Shown one piece after another: positions 1-9,209 of a stretch of 64,000 nt of DNA. The position numbers were made by a program, and so were the translations under genes. The DNA is taken from contig NZ_CALDDG010000051.1 of assembly GCF_937936435.1 (NCBI RefSeq), forward strand, positions 1,430-65,429, in the 5' to 3' direction. The first letter of the stretch is position 1. Each line of letters begins with the position of its first letter. The notes under the pieces were generated by a model. The model was not told the origin of the DNA. It saw only the letters and a program-made list of their open reading frames with translations, and ran no database searches. This DNA comes from an uncultured Sulfuricurvum sp. Lineage in GTDB: Bacteria > Campylobacterota > Campylobacteria > Campylobacterales > Sulfurimonadaceae.

Positions 1-94
1 GCCCGCTCGCAACGGCGACGCGTGCCGTCGTAGTTTTATCCGATACGTCGACCATTTTTGGGCGATCGCGTTCATCTAAATGGGTTAAATTCAT
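1..94 (-). CDS. moaC: Cyclic pyranopterin monophosphate synthase MoaC, 5' part (runs off window)
   Basis: Manual translation from ATG at 94: [31 protein letters not shown], the MoaC N-terminal LTH...MVDV...R.A.A signature. Confidence 0.92.
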   Translation of the reverse strand, partial: MNLTHLDERDRPKMVDVSDKTTTARVAVASG

Positions 95-344
95 CGTTAT
101 CTCTTTGGTATTCTTTAGAGTTATTATAGCCAAGAGTAGTTAATTGGCCGATGATTAAAAAATAATCATATTTAAGAGAAAAAATGGGCTATAGTTTTGC
201 CATGAGATTTTGGTGATGCTGTGGATAGCATGTAATTCCGAAGTCCTCATACCTCCTTCAAAGCATAGGATTGCCTGTTTTTGACCGACATTAACATTTC
301 GCAATCCTCTGATTATCATCTATAAACAACGAAAGGGGAACACA

Positions 345-1235
345 ATGCAAGATTTGGTTAAAAGTTATAACGCTAACGCCCCGTTAATACAAAAATTTAT
401 CCTTACGACACTGGGCAACGTCAGTCTTAAAACGCTGAACGTTCAACTGGTTGAAAGACTCTACAAAACATTCCCGAGTTTGGAATTGCTCTACAAATGT
501 GATGAGGGATTCGTCCAAAACTCTCCGAACATTTATATTTCGCGGGAAGACCACAGCCATATCGGAGTGGATCGATCGTATTTGATCGACGAATTGGCGA
601 TCCAAAAAGGGTTTTATATCAGTGAGCCCTATATTTCTACCGCTACACGCCATTTATGTATAACGGTCGTGTATGCGGTTGCGGACGGATACCTCTTTTT
701 CGATTTTCGCCTTCGCAAATTGTTAGAGCGGTTTGATCTAATCGAAAAAAACAATATGTTCAAATACATGAACCGCTCTTCCTATGCGATTATCGGCGGC
801 GGATTGCTTTTTTTCGGTGTATTTGTCGTGCTGTACGGATTTTACACATTTGCGGGGTATTTAATAGCGAGCGAGCCCCTCTCTATCGATGCCGTATTTA
901 AACCGATCATCGCCTTGACGCTTGGATTGGCAGTCTATGATTTGGGGAAAACGATTTTCGAACAGGAGGTTATGCCGAGAACGCAGCATGTGAGCGAAAC
1001 CTTTAACGCCAAGACACTGCTGAATTTTTCGGTATCGATTATCATTGCATTGCTGATCGAAGCGCTTTTGGTCGTCTTTAAAATCTCGATACACAACTAC
1101 AAAGATCTGCCGTATGCATCGACATTGATCGCGGCATTGGCCTTTTTGCTCCTTGTTTTCGCAGTCTTTATTTATCTCGTTCGCAAAAGCGAGAAAGTGC
1201 CTGAGTGTACTCATGCGGATGGTTCAGATTCATAA
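345..1235 (+). CDS. Membrane protein with N-terminal PDC/Cache-like sensor region and C-terminal 4-TM domain
   Basis: 296 aa; YISEPYISTAT Cache-like motif, then four hydrophobic helices; GGGGA SD. Confidence 0.65.
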   Translation: MQDLVKSYNANAPLIQKFILTTLGNVSLKTLNVQLVERLYKTFPSLELLYKCDEGFVQNSPNIYISREDHSHIGVDRSYLIDELAIQKGFYISEPYISTATRHLCITVVYAVADGYLFFDFRLRKLLERFDLIEKNNMFKYMNRSSYAIIGGGLLFFGVFVVLYGFYTFAGYLIASEPLSIDAVFKPIIALTLGLAVYDLGKTIFEQEVMPRTQHVSETFNAKTLLNFSVSIIIALLIEALLVVFKISIHNYKDLPYASTLIAALAFLLLVFAVFIYLVRKSEKVPECTHADGSDS

Positions 1236-1752
1236 ACGGCGTATCGTCGTCAAATTCGACGAAACGGGTATGTGACGCACCGAGCAGTTTTCCTAGGCGG
1301 TGGTCGCTCTCTCGAAGCATCCGCTCCAGCTCAGGCAGGAGGGAGTGATGATAGATACCGCACATCGGATGGCTTCCTTCGGGTGTTCTAGCGATGACGG
1401 CGTCTAGATCGCCGTTATCCGCTTCGAGCAGTCGTGCAAACTCCTTTTCCCCCACAAACGGCGTGTCGACGCTGAGTACCATAATCCGATCCGTATTAAG
1501 AGACTGAAAGGCACTCACAAACCCTGCCGTCGGCGCATAATCGACTTCCTGGGGGTCAAGGATAAAAGGGGCTTTAAAATCGAATTTTTCGGCAGATTTG
1601 GTCGAGACGTATACCTGTGTGAAGAGATTGCAAAGACGGTTGTATTGAAACTGTGCCAAAGTAGAAAAACCGCCAAAAGGGAGAAGCGATTTATCTTCTC
1701 CCATGCGGGAGCTTTTTCCTCCGGCAAACACAACGCAGGGTATATCAAACAT
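1168..1752 (-). CDS. mobA: Molybdenum cofactor guanylyltransferase
   Basis: VVFAGGKSSRMGEDK, SVDTPF, FMNLNHP motifs; start at ATG 1752 after AGGAG SD. Confidence 0.92.
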   Translation of the reverse strand: MFDIPCVVFAGGKSSRMGEDKSLLPFGGFSTLAQFQYNRLCNLFTQVYVSTKSAEKFDFKAPFILDPQEVDYAPTAGFVSAFQSLNTDRIMVLSVDTPFVGEKEFARLLEADNGDLDAVIARTPEGSHPMCGIYHHSLLPELERMLRESDHRLGKLLGASHTRFVEFDDDTPFMNLNHPHEYTQALSRFCERDK

Positions 1753-1779
1753 GGTTTCTCCTAAAAATGGCGGCTGCAA

Positions 1780-2895
1780 TCACGACCATGTGATACAGGT
1801 GATTTCGGAATGCGACCCGAGCCGCATCGGCGGTCCCCAAAAACCGATGCCGCTGTTAACGTATATGTGGCGGTTGTCTCCCAATGAATGGAGTCCTTTG
1901 AGATAGGGCTGCGCGAGTGTAACCAGATACCCGAACGGCCATATCTGCCCACCGTGCGTATGCCCGCTGAGGATGAGCGAGGGGGTAAATCCTTCGAGAT
2001 AGTCGATGTATTTCGGTTGATGCGCTAACAGGAGCGTCGAGGCGTCCTGCGGAATGCCCCACATCGCTTCATAGATATCGGGGATGTGCGTATCGGCGCG
2101 GTAGCCGGCAAGATCGTAAACCCCTGCAATGTAAAAATCGTCTATTTTAAGAGAACTGTTTTCCAATACGTGGATACCGAGCTCTTTCATATAGGCAATC
2201 GTGTCGTCGATGGAGTGAAAATATTCGTGGTTACCTACCACGTAATAGGTTCCGAAACGGCTTTTGAGATGGCGCAGTTCACCGACGGCATCTTTGAGGA
2301 TATCGATATGAGCATCGGCCAAATCTCCGGTGATAGTGACCAAGTCGGGATTAAGACGATTGATAGCCGCAACGCTTTTGGCAACAAATGCTTTGTCGAT
2401 CAGCCCTCCGATATGCATGTCGCTGATCTGCACGATCGTATAGCGTTTGCCGTTAAAGCGTTTTTGGTCGATGTCGACGTAATGGACGGCAGGCTCTTTT
2501 GACCCTTCCAACACTCCGGCACCTATATAGGTGCTCCCCAGCGCTAAAAAACCGATATCGCTGGAGCGTTTGAAAAATCGTCGTTTTTCTTCTTGAAAAG
2601 GGACCAGACGCTGTATCAGACGGAGGAATTCGTATAGCACGATTCCCATAAACAGTACAAAACCGACACCGATACTAAGAGAAAGGAAAAAGTAGAGGAG
2701 TTTGGGCGGGCTGAAGAGATAGCGGCTTGCGACATAGCCTAAAATAGCCGTCATATTGACAAATAAAAAAAAGTACAATGCCTTACGGGTAGAGTTGCAG
2801 ATGTGTAAATGTTCTACAATCCGGGTATAGGCCAGAATGTGAACCAAGAGAAAAAATAAGGCAACCAGTACCGGAAAAAGAATGATCATACTCAT
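1780..2895 (-). CDS. Membrane-anchored calcineurin-like metallophosphoesterase (YkuE/YaeI type)
   Basis: SDMHIG, TGDLAD, GNHEY, LAHQP, SGHTHGGQ motifs; 3 N-terminal TMs; start 2895 or 2889. Confidence 0.88.
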   Translation of the reverse strand: MSMIILFPVLVALFFLLVHILAYTRIVEHLHICNSTRKALYFFLFVNMTAILGYVASRYLFSPPKLLYFFLSLSIGVGFVLFMGIVLYEFLRLIQRLVPFQEEKRRFFKRSSDIGFLALGSTYIGAGVLEGSKEPAVHYVDIDQKRFNGKRYTIVQISDMHIGGLIDKAFVAKSVAAINRLNPDLVTITGDLADAHIDILKDAVGELRHLKSRFGTYYVVGNHEYFHSIDDTIAYMKELGIHVLENSSLKIDDFYIAGVYDLAGYRADTHIPDIYEAMWGIPQDASTLLLAHQPKYIDYLEGFTPSLILSGHTHGGQIWPFGYLVTLAQPYLKGLHSLGDNRHIYVNSGIGFWGPPMRLGSHSEITCITWS

Positions 2896-2972
2896 AATGC
2901 GATTGTATCGAAAGATTGTCAACGGAATTTTCGAGAGAGGGCAAAGAAAAGTAAGGGGCTTTTGCCCAAAAA

Positions 2973-3434
2973 TTATTGGGCGAAAGCGGCAGCGAGAATC
3001 TTATCCATTCCCGGGGTGGCACCGTCTTGGAGGTATTGAAGCACCAAAGGAGAAAATTTGTTCACCATGGATGCATCCATCCCCAAAAACGAGAATTGCG
3101 ATCCCACATTTCCGAGACCGAGCATTCCGGCCGGTGCGGCATTCAAAAGTGTTCCCGCCTGAGGAACCTGTTTGGTCAATGCGGCAAAATCGGTGGCACT
3201 CATGTTGCTTTTGGCATCGTTGATGATAGCAGCCGTACCGCCGATAGCCTGTGTCGGGGTGACTCCAAGCGTCGTGGTTAGATTTTTGATAAGCGGATTG
3301 GAAGCAAGTGCGTTATCCGCGATAGGAGCTGCGCTTTGTGCGACGGGTGCTACCGTTTGCATCACGGAACCGAAATCAAAAGCATTGGCATTGGACACGA
3401 GTAGTATTAAAGCGGCAAGGGTAAGTGAACGCAT
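2973..3434 (-). CDS. Exported protein, DUF2780-like
   Basis: Signal peptide; LGVTPTQAIGGTAA and FSFLGMDASMVNKF patterns. Confidence 0.7.
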   Translation of the reverse strand: MRSLTLAALILLVSNANAFDFGSVMQTVAPVAQSAAPIADNALASNPLIKNLTTTLGVTPTQAIGGTAAIINDAKSNMSATDFAALTKQVPQAGTLLNAAPAGMLGLGNVGSQFSFLGMDASMVNKFSPLVLQYLQDGATPGMDKILAAAFAQ

Positions 3435-3637
3435 GGGATTCTCCGAATATTAGATTTTAAAGTATAGCTGATCAGAAATATAACCCGTATTATATTTTGA
3501 GACAAGGAGATTTTACGATAAAAATGTTCATGAATTGTAGTAAAAGCCCAATCATCACAATATAATTATTTAATAACAAAAAATACTTAATTTTAGTTTT
3601 TTATACTAAAATACTGCCATCTTCTTAAGGGATCTGA

Positions 3638-4237
3638 ATGGCGAGCATCTATGACATCAAACCTGCATTCCAAAATTTTCTCCGTCCGATTGTCGTAGGA
3701 CTGGCAAATATAGGGGTAACTCCGAATCAAATCACCTATGCGGCACTTTTTCTCTCTTTTATCGCGGGGGGTGCCATTGCTCTCACTCACGGTGCATCGT
3801 GGGCTTTACTCGCTATTCCTGCGGTGATGTTTGTGCGGATGGCGCTTAATGCGATTGACGGAATGCTCGCCAAAGAACACGATATGAAAAGCGATGCGGG
3901 GGCGATGCTGAATGAAATGAGTGATGTTCTCTCGGACGCGGCGCTCTATTTGCCGTTTGCCCTCATTGATGGAGTATCGGCGCTGTGGATCGTGCTGTTT
4001 GTCATTATGGCGATTCTTACCGAAATGGCGGGGGTGCTGGGGGCGCTGATCGGCGGAGTGAGACGGTATGACGGTCCGATGGGAAAAAGCGACCGGGCAT
4101 TTGTAATCGGAGCCCTCTCTTTGGTATTGGGATTGGGAGTTTCGCCCGCTGGATGGTTTGATGGTGTAATGATCGTCGCGACCATGATGGGTGCTTGGAC
4201 GGTGCTTCGACGCTCCGTACGGGGGTTAAAATCATGA
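3638..4237 (+). CDS. CDP-alcohol phosphatidyltransferase (YnbA-like)
   Basis: SIYDIKPAFQNFLRP N-terminus, DGMLAK...GAMLNEMSD motif, GPMGKSDRAF. Confidence 0.9.
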   Translation: MASIYDIKPAFQNFLRPIVVGLANIGVTPNQITYAALFLSFIAGGAIALTHGASWALLAIPAVMFVRMALNAIDGMLAKEHDMKSDAGAMLNEMSDVLSDAALYLPFALIDGVSALWIVLFVIMAILTEMAGVLGALIGGVRRYDGPMGKSDRAFVIGALSLVLGLGVSPAGWFDGVMIVATMMGAWTVLRRSVRGLKS

Positions 4238-5172
4238 TAGAGACGATTACGACGCTCTTTAGCGGAAAAAGCGGCATCGTACTGCTGATTATTTTGGGTA
4301 TTTTGGTGTTTGCGACGCTGATCGTATCGGTGCTGTTTCGTACCAAAACCTCGCAGGAGCTCAAAGAGCGCGTCTATTCATGGTGGATTATTATCGGGGC
4401 ATTTATACTCGGGGCGATGCTCAACACGACGGTAGCAATGTTCTTTTTCGCCCTCATCAGCTATCTCGCTCTCAAAGAGTATTTCACCCTTATCCCGACC
4501 CGTCGCACCGATCGACGGATCATCTTTTACGCCTACCTCTCCATCGTGTTTCAGTACTGGTTTGCGGGAATCGGGTGGTATGGGATGTTTATTATCTGGA
4601 TTCCCGTCTACCTCTTTTTGCTTCTGCCGTTTCGGCAGGTGCTCATCGGAGAGACGCAGGGATTTTTAGAGAACACGAGCCGTGTGCAGTGGGGGCTGAT
4701 GATGTTCGTCTTCGGTCTCAGCCACCTCGCCTACATGATGACATTGCCGGCTGTGGCAGGGCATGATGTCGCGGGTAAAGAGCTGGTTCTTTATGTGGTG
4801 CTTTTGACCGAGCTGAATGACGTGTTGCAGTATCTGTGGGGCAAGGCTCTGGGCAAACATAAAATCGTCCCGAAAGTAAGCCCCAACAAAACGATCGAGG
4901 GGTTCGCAGGGGCGTTCGTCACCCTCAGCGCGCTTGCGGTAGCGTTTTCGTTTCTGACCCCTTTTACAACCCTTCAGGCACTCGCGGCGGGGATGCTCAT
5001 CAGCGGTGCAGGGTTTGTGGGGGATGTCGTCATCTCGATGGTCAAGCGGGACATCGGGGTCAAAGATTCGGGACATCTATTGCCGGGGCATGGGGGGATA
5101 CTTGATCGCGTCGACAGTCTCACCTATACCGCACCGCTCTTTTTCCATTTCACCTACTATCTCTACTATTAG
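4234..5172 (+). CDS. Phosphatidate cytidylyltransferase (YnbB-like CdsA paralog)
   Basis: PKVSPNKTIEG and KRDIGVKDSGHLLPGHGGILDRVDS signatures; ATGA overlap with upstream gene. Confidence 0.92.
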   Translation: MIETITTLFSGKSGIVLLIILGILVFATLIVSVLFRTKTSQELKERVYSWWIIIGAFILGAMLNTTVAMFFFALISYLALKEYFTLIPTRRTDRRIIFYAYLSIVFQYWFAGIGWYGMFIIWIPVYLFLLLPFRQVLIGETQGFLENTSRVQWGLMMFVFGLSHLAYMMTLPAVAGHDVAGKELVLYVVLLTELNDVLQYLWGKALGKHKIVPKVSPNKTIEGFAGAFVTLSALAVAFSFLTPFTTLQALAAGMLISGAGFVGDVVISMVKRDIGVKDSGHLLPGHGGILDRVDSLTYTAPLFFHFTYYLYY

Positions 5173-5181
5173 GATGGCGGG

Positions 5182-5802
5182 ATGCTAAAATGGCTCTTTT
5201 TTGCTCTCATCGTCCGCCCGACGGTACTGCTGATTTTCGGGGTGCACGTACGGGGACGTGAAAACCTCTCACATGACAAACCCTCTATCATCGTCGCCAA
5301 CCACAACAGCCATCTCGATACGCTGGTGCTCATGAGCCTCTTTCCATTGCACAAAATCCACCGTATCCGCCCCGTCGCGGCGGCAGATTATTTTATGAAA
5401 AACCGCCTTATCGCGTGGTTCTCGACCCAGTTTATCGGGATTATCCCGCTCAGCCGAAAGGTAGAGAGATCGCACACCCATCCCTTGGAACCCGTCCGCC
5501 AAGCCCTCGAAGCGGGAGATAGCATCATCCTCTTTCCCGAAGGGAGCCGAGGAGAAGCAGAGCAAATGAGCAAATTCAAATCGGGGATTGCCCATTTAGC
5601 AAAAATGGCTCCTCATATCAGCGTTGTCCCCGTCTATCTCGGCGGTGCGGGGAAAGTACTCCCAAAAGGGGAAGCGTTGCTCGTCCCCTTTATCATCGAT
5701 GTTCATATATTGGAGCCGATGCTGATCGGCGAAGAGGATACCCATACGTTTACGGAGCGGTTGGAAGCGGTTATTAAAAAGGCGGGTGAGAGGGATGTAT
5801 AA
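5182..5802 (+). CDS. Lysophospholipid acyltransferase (PlsC family)
   Basis: NHNSHLD (HX4D) and FPEGSRG motifs. Confidence 0.92.
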   Translation: MLKWLFFALIVRPTVLLIFGVHVRGRENLSHDKPSIIVANHNSHLDTLVLMSLFPLHKIHRIRPVAAADYFMKNRLIAWFSTQFIGIIPLSRKVERSHTHPLEPVRQALEAGDSIILFPEGSRGEAEQMSKFKSGIAHLAKMAPHISVVPVYLGGAGKVLPKGEALLVPFIIDVHILEPMLIGEEDTHTFTERLEAVIKKAGERDV

Positions 5803-5820
5803 AATAATTGAGGAATTGCT

Positions 5821-6441
5821 ATGAACTTTTTAAAATGGCTTTTTGATAGTTTGTTCGGGTGGATACCGTATGTACCTAAAGCAATTTGGCATATGTGGTC
5901 ACTTGATCGTAATGGTGCAGTATGGTACAAAATTCGGGCTTTTTCATTGTTATGTCTTGGTACTTGGGTAGTGATATGGGGGTATTTTATGTATATTGAT
6001 TATAAAGATTTTGCACAACCTTATCCTAAATATGAAAACCTAAAAATAGATCAAGGAATGTTGACAAAAGTAAAATACGATAGAGGATCACCTGATTACA
6101 CATTATTCCGTGCTGATGGAACATTTATACGGGTCAATGAAAAATATGGGAAATACAGTGTCCTGAAAAATTGGTTTTATGATCAAGATCAGAGACATTT
6201 AGATCGAAAAATTCCTGTAACAATTTGTTGGTTTACACAACCCTCGGGGATGGCATGGATTGCAGAACTCGAAAGAGATGGCAATAAAATTATTTCTTAT
6301 CAACAAGCTAAGGACAACTTTAATAAAACCAAAAATTATGTTACGAAAATAACTTTTTATTGGTTTTGGGTTCCATTTTTTCTCTTGTTGACAATAATTT
6401 ATTTTGAAGCCTCTACATTACGTAAAAAGTATGAACTATGA
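5821..6441 (+). CDS. Hypothetical 2-TM membrane protein, AT-rich
   Basis: 206 aa ORF, GAGGA SD, TM-loop-TM layout; no family recognised. Confidence 0.6.
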   Translation: MNFLKWLFDSLFGWIPYVPKAIWHMWSLDRNGAVWYKIRAFSLLCLGTWVVIWGYFMYIDYKDFAQPYPKYENLKIDQGMLTKVKYDRGSPDYTLFRADGTFIRVNEKYGKYSVLKNWFYDQDQRHLDRKIPVTICWFTQPSGMAWIAELERDGNKIISYQQAKDNFNKTKNYVTKITFYWFWVPFFLLLTIIYFEASTLRKKYEL

Positions 6442-6515
6442 TTTTTATGTTTCAGAATTATTTCAGCAAAACATCCCTATCATTTCTATATGTCTAAGAT
6501 TTTAGGAATATAGTT

Positions 6516-7499
6516 ATGAAAACGATCGACATCCATACTCACCTCCTTAGCAGTGACGTAGCGTTCCAACGCTCGTATGACAAAATCGCGTTACGCTTTT
6601 TTGCCAAAAAGTTCGGAATGGACCCCAAAGCGCTAGGGCGTGATCCCTACGGCGAGTACACCCGCGCACTGGTCGAATCGGTGCGAAATTCTCAGCACGT
6701 CGAGAAAATCGTCCTTTTCGGTGTCGATGATCGGGTCGATGATGCGGGGAAAAGCCTCCACAAAGACATCACCGTCTGTGCGACGAACGAGGACGTGGCG
6801 ACGTTGTATCGAGGGAATGAGGATGTCATCATCCCCTTTTTCTCCATCAATCCCAACCGCCCCGATGCGCTGGGTCTCATCGACCGCTACGCCGATGCGG
6901 GATTTCGCGGGGCGAAGTTTTTGCAAAACTACTGGGGAGTCGATACCCGTGAGACGCGTTATCGTCCTTATTTTGACAAACTCTCTGAGCGGGGGTTGCC
7001 GCTGATCGTCCATGTGGGGAGCGAGAGCAGTGTTCACTCATTCAAATCGTGCGAGAGTATCGAGATGCTGGATCACCCGCTCGAAGCGGGGGTGCAGGTG
7101 ATCTGCGCCCACATGGCACTGAGCTATGAGCCGCGCCGTATCTTCAAAGCCCTCTCGAAAAATCCGAAACATTTTAACGACGAGTATTACATCCTCATTG
7201 AGATGCTCAAACGCTATCCGAATCTCTATGCCGACATCAGCGCCCTCCTCACCCCCGTGCGGGCAAAGGTGTTGCGCCATCTGAGCCGTCAGAGTGATAT
7301 TCATCACAAGCTTCTCTTCGGCACCGATTTCCCCGTACCGTTTAGCATGGTGCTCAACAGCTACGATTTGCCGTACCGCAAACGGTTTGAACTCTCCCGC
7401 GAAGCGAACCCGTTCGACCGCTATGCCAAAGCGATTTTAGAGTACTTCCCGCGAGAGAATCCCATCTATACCAACTACACCAAGATATTAGGAGCATAA
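6516..7499 (+). CDS. Amidohydrolase family protein (Amidohydro_2-like)
   Basis: IDIHTH, LIVHVG, CAHMA, LFGTDFP metal-binding motifs. Confidence 0.85.
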   Translation: MKTIDIHTHLLSSDVAFQRSYDKIALRFFAKKFGMDPKALGRDPYGEYTRALVESVRNSQHVEKIVLFGVDDRVDDAGKSLHKDITVCATNEDVATLYRGNEDVIIPFFSINPNRPDALGLIDRYADAGFRGAKFLQNYWGVDTRETRYRPYFDKLSERGLPLIVHVGSESSVHSFKSCESIEMLDHPLEAGVQVICAHMALSYEPRRIFKALSKNPKHFNDEYYILIEMLKRYPNLYADISALLTPVRAKVLRHLSRQSDIHHKLLFGTDFPVPFSMVLNSYDLPYRKRFELSREANPFDRYAKAILEYFPRENPIYTNYTKILGA

Positions 7500-7500
7500 C

Positions 7501-9207
7501 ATGACAACCGGAACATTTACCAGCTTTGACGGCGCAGAGCTTTTTTATCGCGAATGGTCGCCGCAAAATCCCAACGGCAAAATTGTCCTGCTCCTCCATC
7601 GCGGACATGAGCACTCGGAACGACTCGATCCCATCGCCCGTTCGGCGATTTTCGAGGGGTACAAAGTTTTCTCGTATGACAACCGTGGACATGGATATAC
7701 CTCTGCTGAGGCGACCTATGAATTTATGAATCTGGTGCGCGATTTGGAGGCGTTTAGACATTTCGTGTGCGCCAAGGAGGGGAAAAGGGCTGAGGATATT
7801 TTCGTCGTCGCCAACTCGGTCGCGGGGGTCGTCGCCTCGACGTGGGTACACGATTATGCCCCTCGCATCGCGGGGATGGCGTTGGTCGCTCCGGCGTTCG
7901 TGATCAAACTCTATGTCCCTCTCGCTAAACCTTCTCTTGATCTGATGATACGGTTCAATCCCCGCATGAACATCAAATCCTACGTCAAAGCGAAGTTTTT
8001 GACCCATAATACGCAAGAGCAGGAGCGATACAATACCGATCCTCTCATTACACCCAACATCCCTGCACGGCAGCTCGTAACACTACTCGATACCGCCAAA
8101 CGGGTGGTGGAGGATGCGAGCCACATCGTCACCCCGACGCTGGTACTCTCGGCAACGTCGGACTATGTCGTAGACAGCCGTGTGCAAAAGGTGTTTTATG
8201 AGCGCCTCAGTTCACCGCACAAGCGGTTCGTGGAGTTGGAGGGTTTTTATCACGGTGTCCTCTATGAAGCACAGGCGCAAAAAGCGATTGATGCAATCGG
8301 TGCCTTTATGGAAGAGTGTTTCAATACCTCTAAAAGCGATATGAGCGATCATCTCATCGCCCTGACCCAAAACGAAAAAGAGCGTATCGCACGGGGTGAC
8401 ATCACGGCAGCTCAAAAACTCTCTTTTGGCGTTCAGCGTTTTATGCTCAACTCTCTGGGATGGATGAGCGACGGGATGAAAATCGGGCTGAAATACGGGT
8501 TCGATTCGGGGGTAACACTCGATTACGTCTACAAAAACACCCCGAGCGGTGTGGGGCTGCTGGGTAAAATGTCCGATAAAAACTATTTGGAGAGTATCGG
8601 ATGGCGTGGGATTCGCCAGCGCAAAGTCCATGCGATAGAGACCATCCGCGAAAAAATCGATCAGCTACGCGGCGAGGGAAAAGCGGTGAAAATCCTCGAC
8701 ATCGCCGGAGGGCCTGCCCGCTATTTGATCGAACTAGCACTTGAATACCCCGACATCGAAGTACTGGTACGTGATTATCAGGAGCAAAACGTTGAACAGG
8801 GGCGTGCATTGGCAAAGGAGCGGGGACTTACCAATATCCGCTACGAGCAAGCCGATGCGTTTGACAAGTCCAACTATGATCGAAGCGTGTATGAGCCGAA
8901 TATTGTTGTCGTCTCAGGGGTGTTTGAGCTGTTCGAACAAAACGCCCTGATCCAAAATGCCATTGAGGGGATCACCTCGATGATCGCACCGGAGGGATAT
9001 CTGGTCTATACGGGGCAGCCTTGGCATCCGCAGTTGGCGCAGATCGCCCATGTGTTAGGGAACCATCAGCAAACGCAATGGATAATGCGCCGCCGAAGCC
9101 AGTATGAACTCGATACCCTCTTTGGCTCGTACGGATTTGACAAAGAGGGGATGCGGATCGACGATTGGGGTATTTTTACCGTCTCATCGGCTCGCAAAGC
9201 GGGATAA
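7501..9207 (+). CDS. Alpha/beta hydrolase fused to class I SAM methyltransferase-like domain (YnbC-like)
   Basis: HRGHEHS, DNRGHG, ANSVAG nucleophile elbow; GFDSGVTLDYVY, ILDIAGG, YTGQPWHPQL, MRRRSQ. Confidence 0.9.
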   Translation: MTTGTFTSFDGAELFYREWSPQNPNGKIVLLLHRGHEHSERLDPIARSAIFEGYKVFSYDNRGHGYTSAEATYEFMNLVRDLEAFRHFVCAKEGKRAEDIFVVANSVAGVVASTWVHDYAPRIAGMALVAPAFVIKLYVPLAKPSLDLMIRFNPRMNIKSYVKAKFLTHNTQEQERYNTDPLITPNIPARQLVTLLDTAKRVVEDASHIVTPTLVLSATSDYVVDSRVQKVFYERLSSPHKRFVELEGFYHGVLYEAQAQKAIDAIGAFMEECFNTSKSDMSDHLIALTQNEKERIARGDITAAQKLSFGVQRFMLNSLGWMSDGMKIGLKYGFDSGVTLDYVYKNTPSGVGLLGKMSDKNYLESIGWRGIRQRKVHAIETIREKIDQLRGEGKAVKILDIAGGPARYLIELALEYPDIEVLVRDYQEQNVEQGRALAKERGLTNIRYEQADAFDKSNYDRSVYEPNIVVVSGVFELFEQNALIQNAIEGITSMIAPEGYLVYTGQPWHPQLAQIAHVLGNHQQTQWIMRRRSQYELDTLFGSYGFDKEGMRIDDWGIFTVSSARKAG

Positions 9208-9209
9208 AT

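Noticed and set aside
95..344. Moco riboswitch upstream of moaC
   Set aside because: I could not match the Moco motif; the structured segment fits a plus-strand transcript better.
1168..1235. Convergent 3' overlaps (also 39288-39334 and 60256-60278)
   Set aside because: Common in compact genomes; the overlapping tails look non-conserved.
5182..5850. Similar N-termini MLKWLF / MNFLKWLF (shared TAAAATGGCT) in adjacent genes
   Set aside because: Only about 10 bp in AT-rich sequence; plausible by chance.
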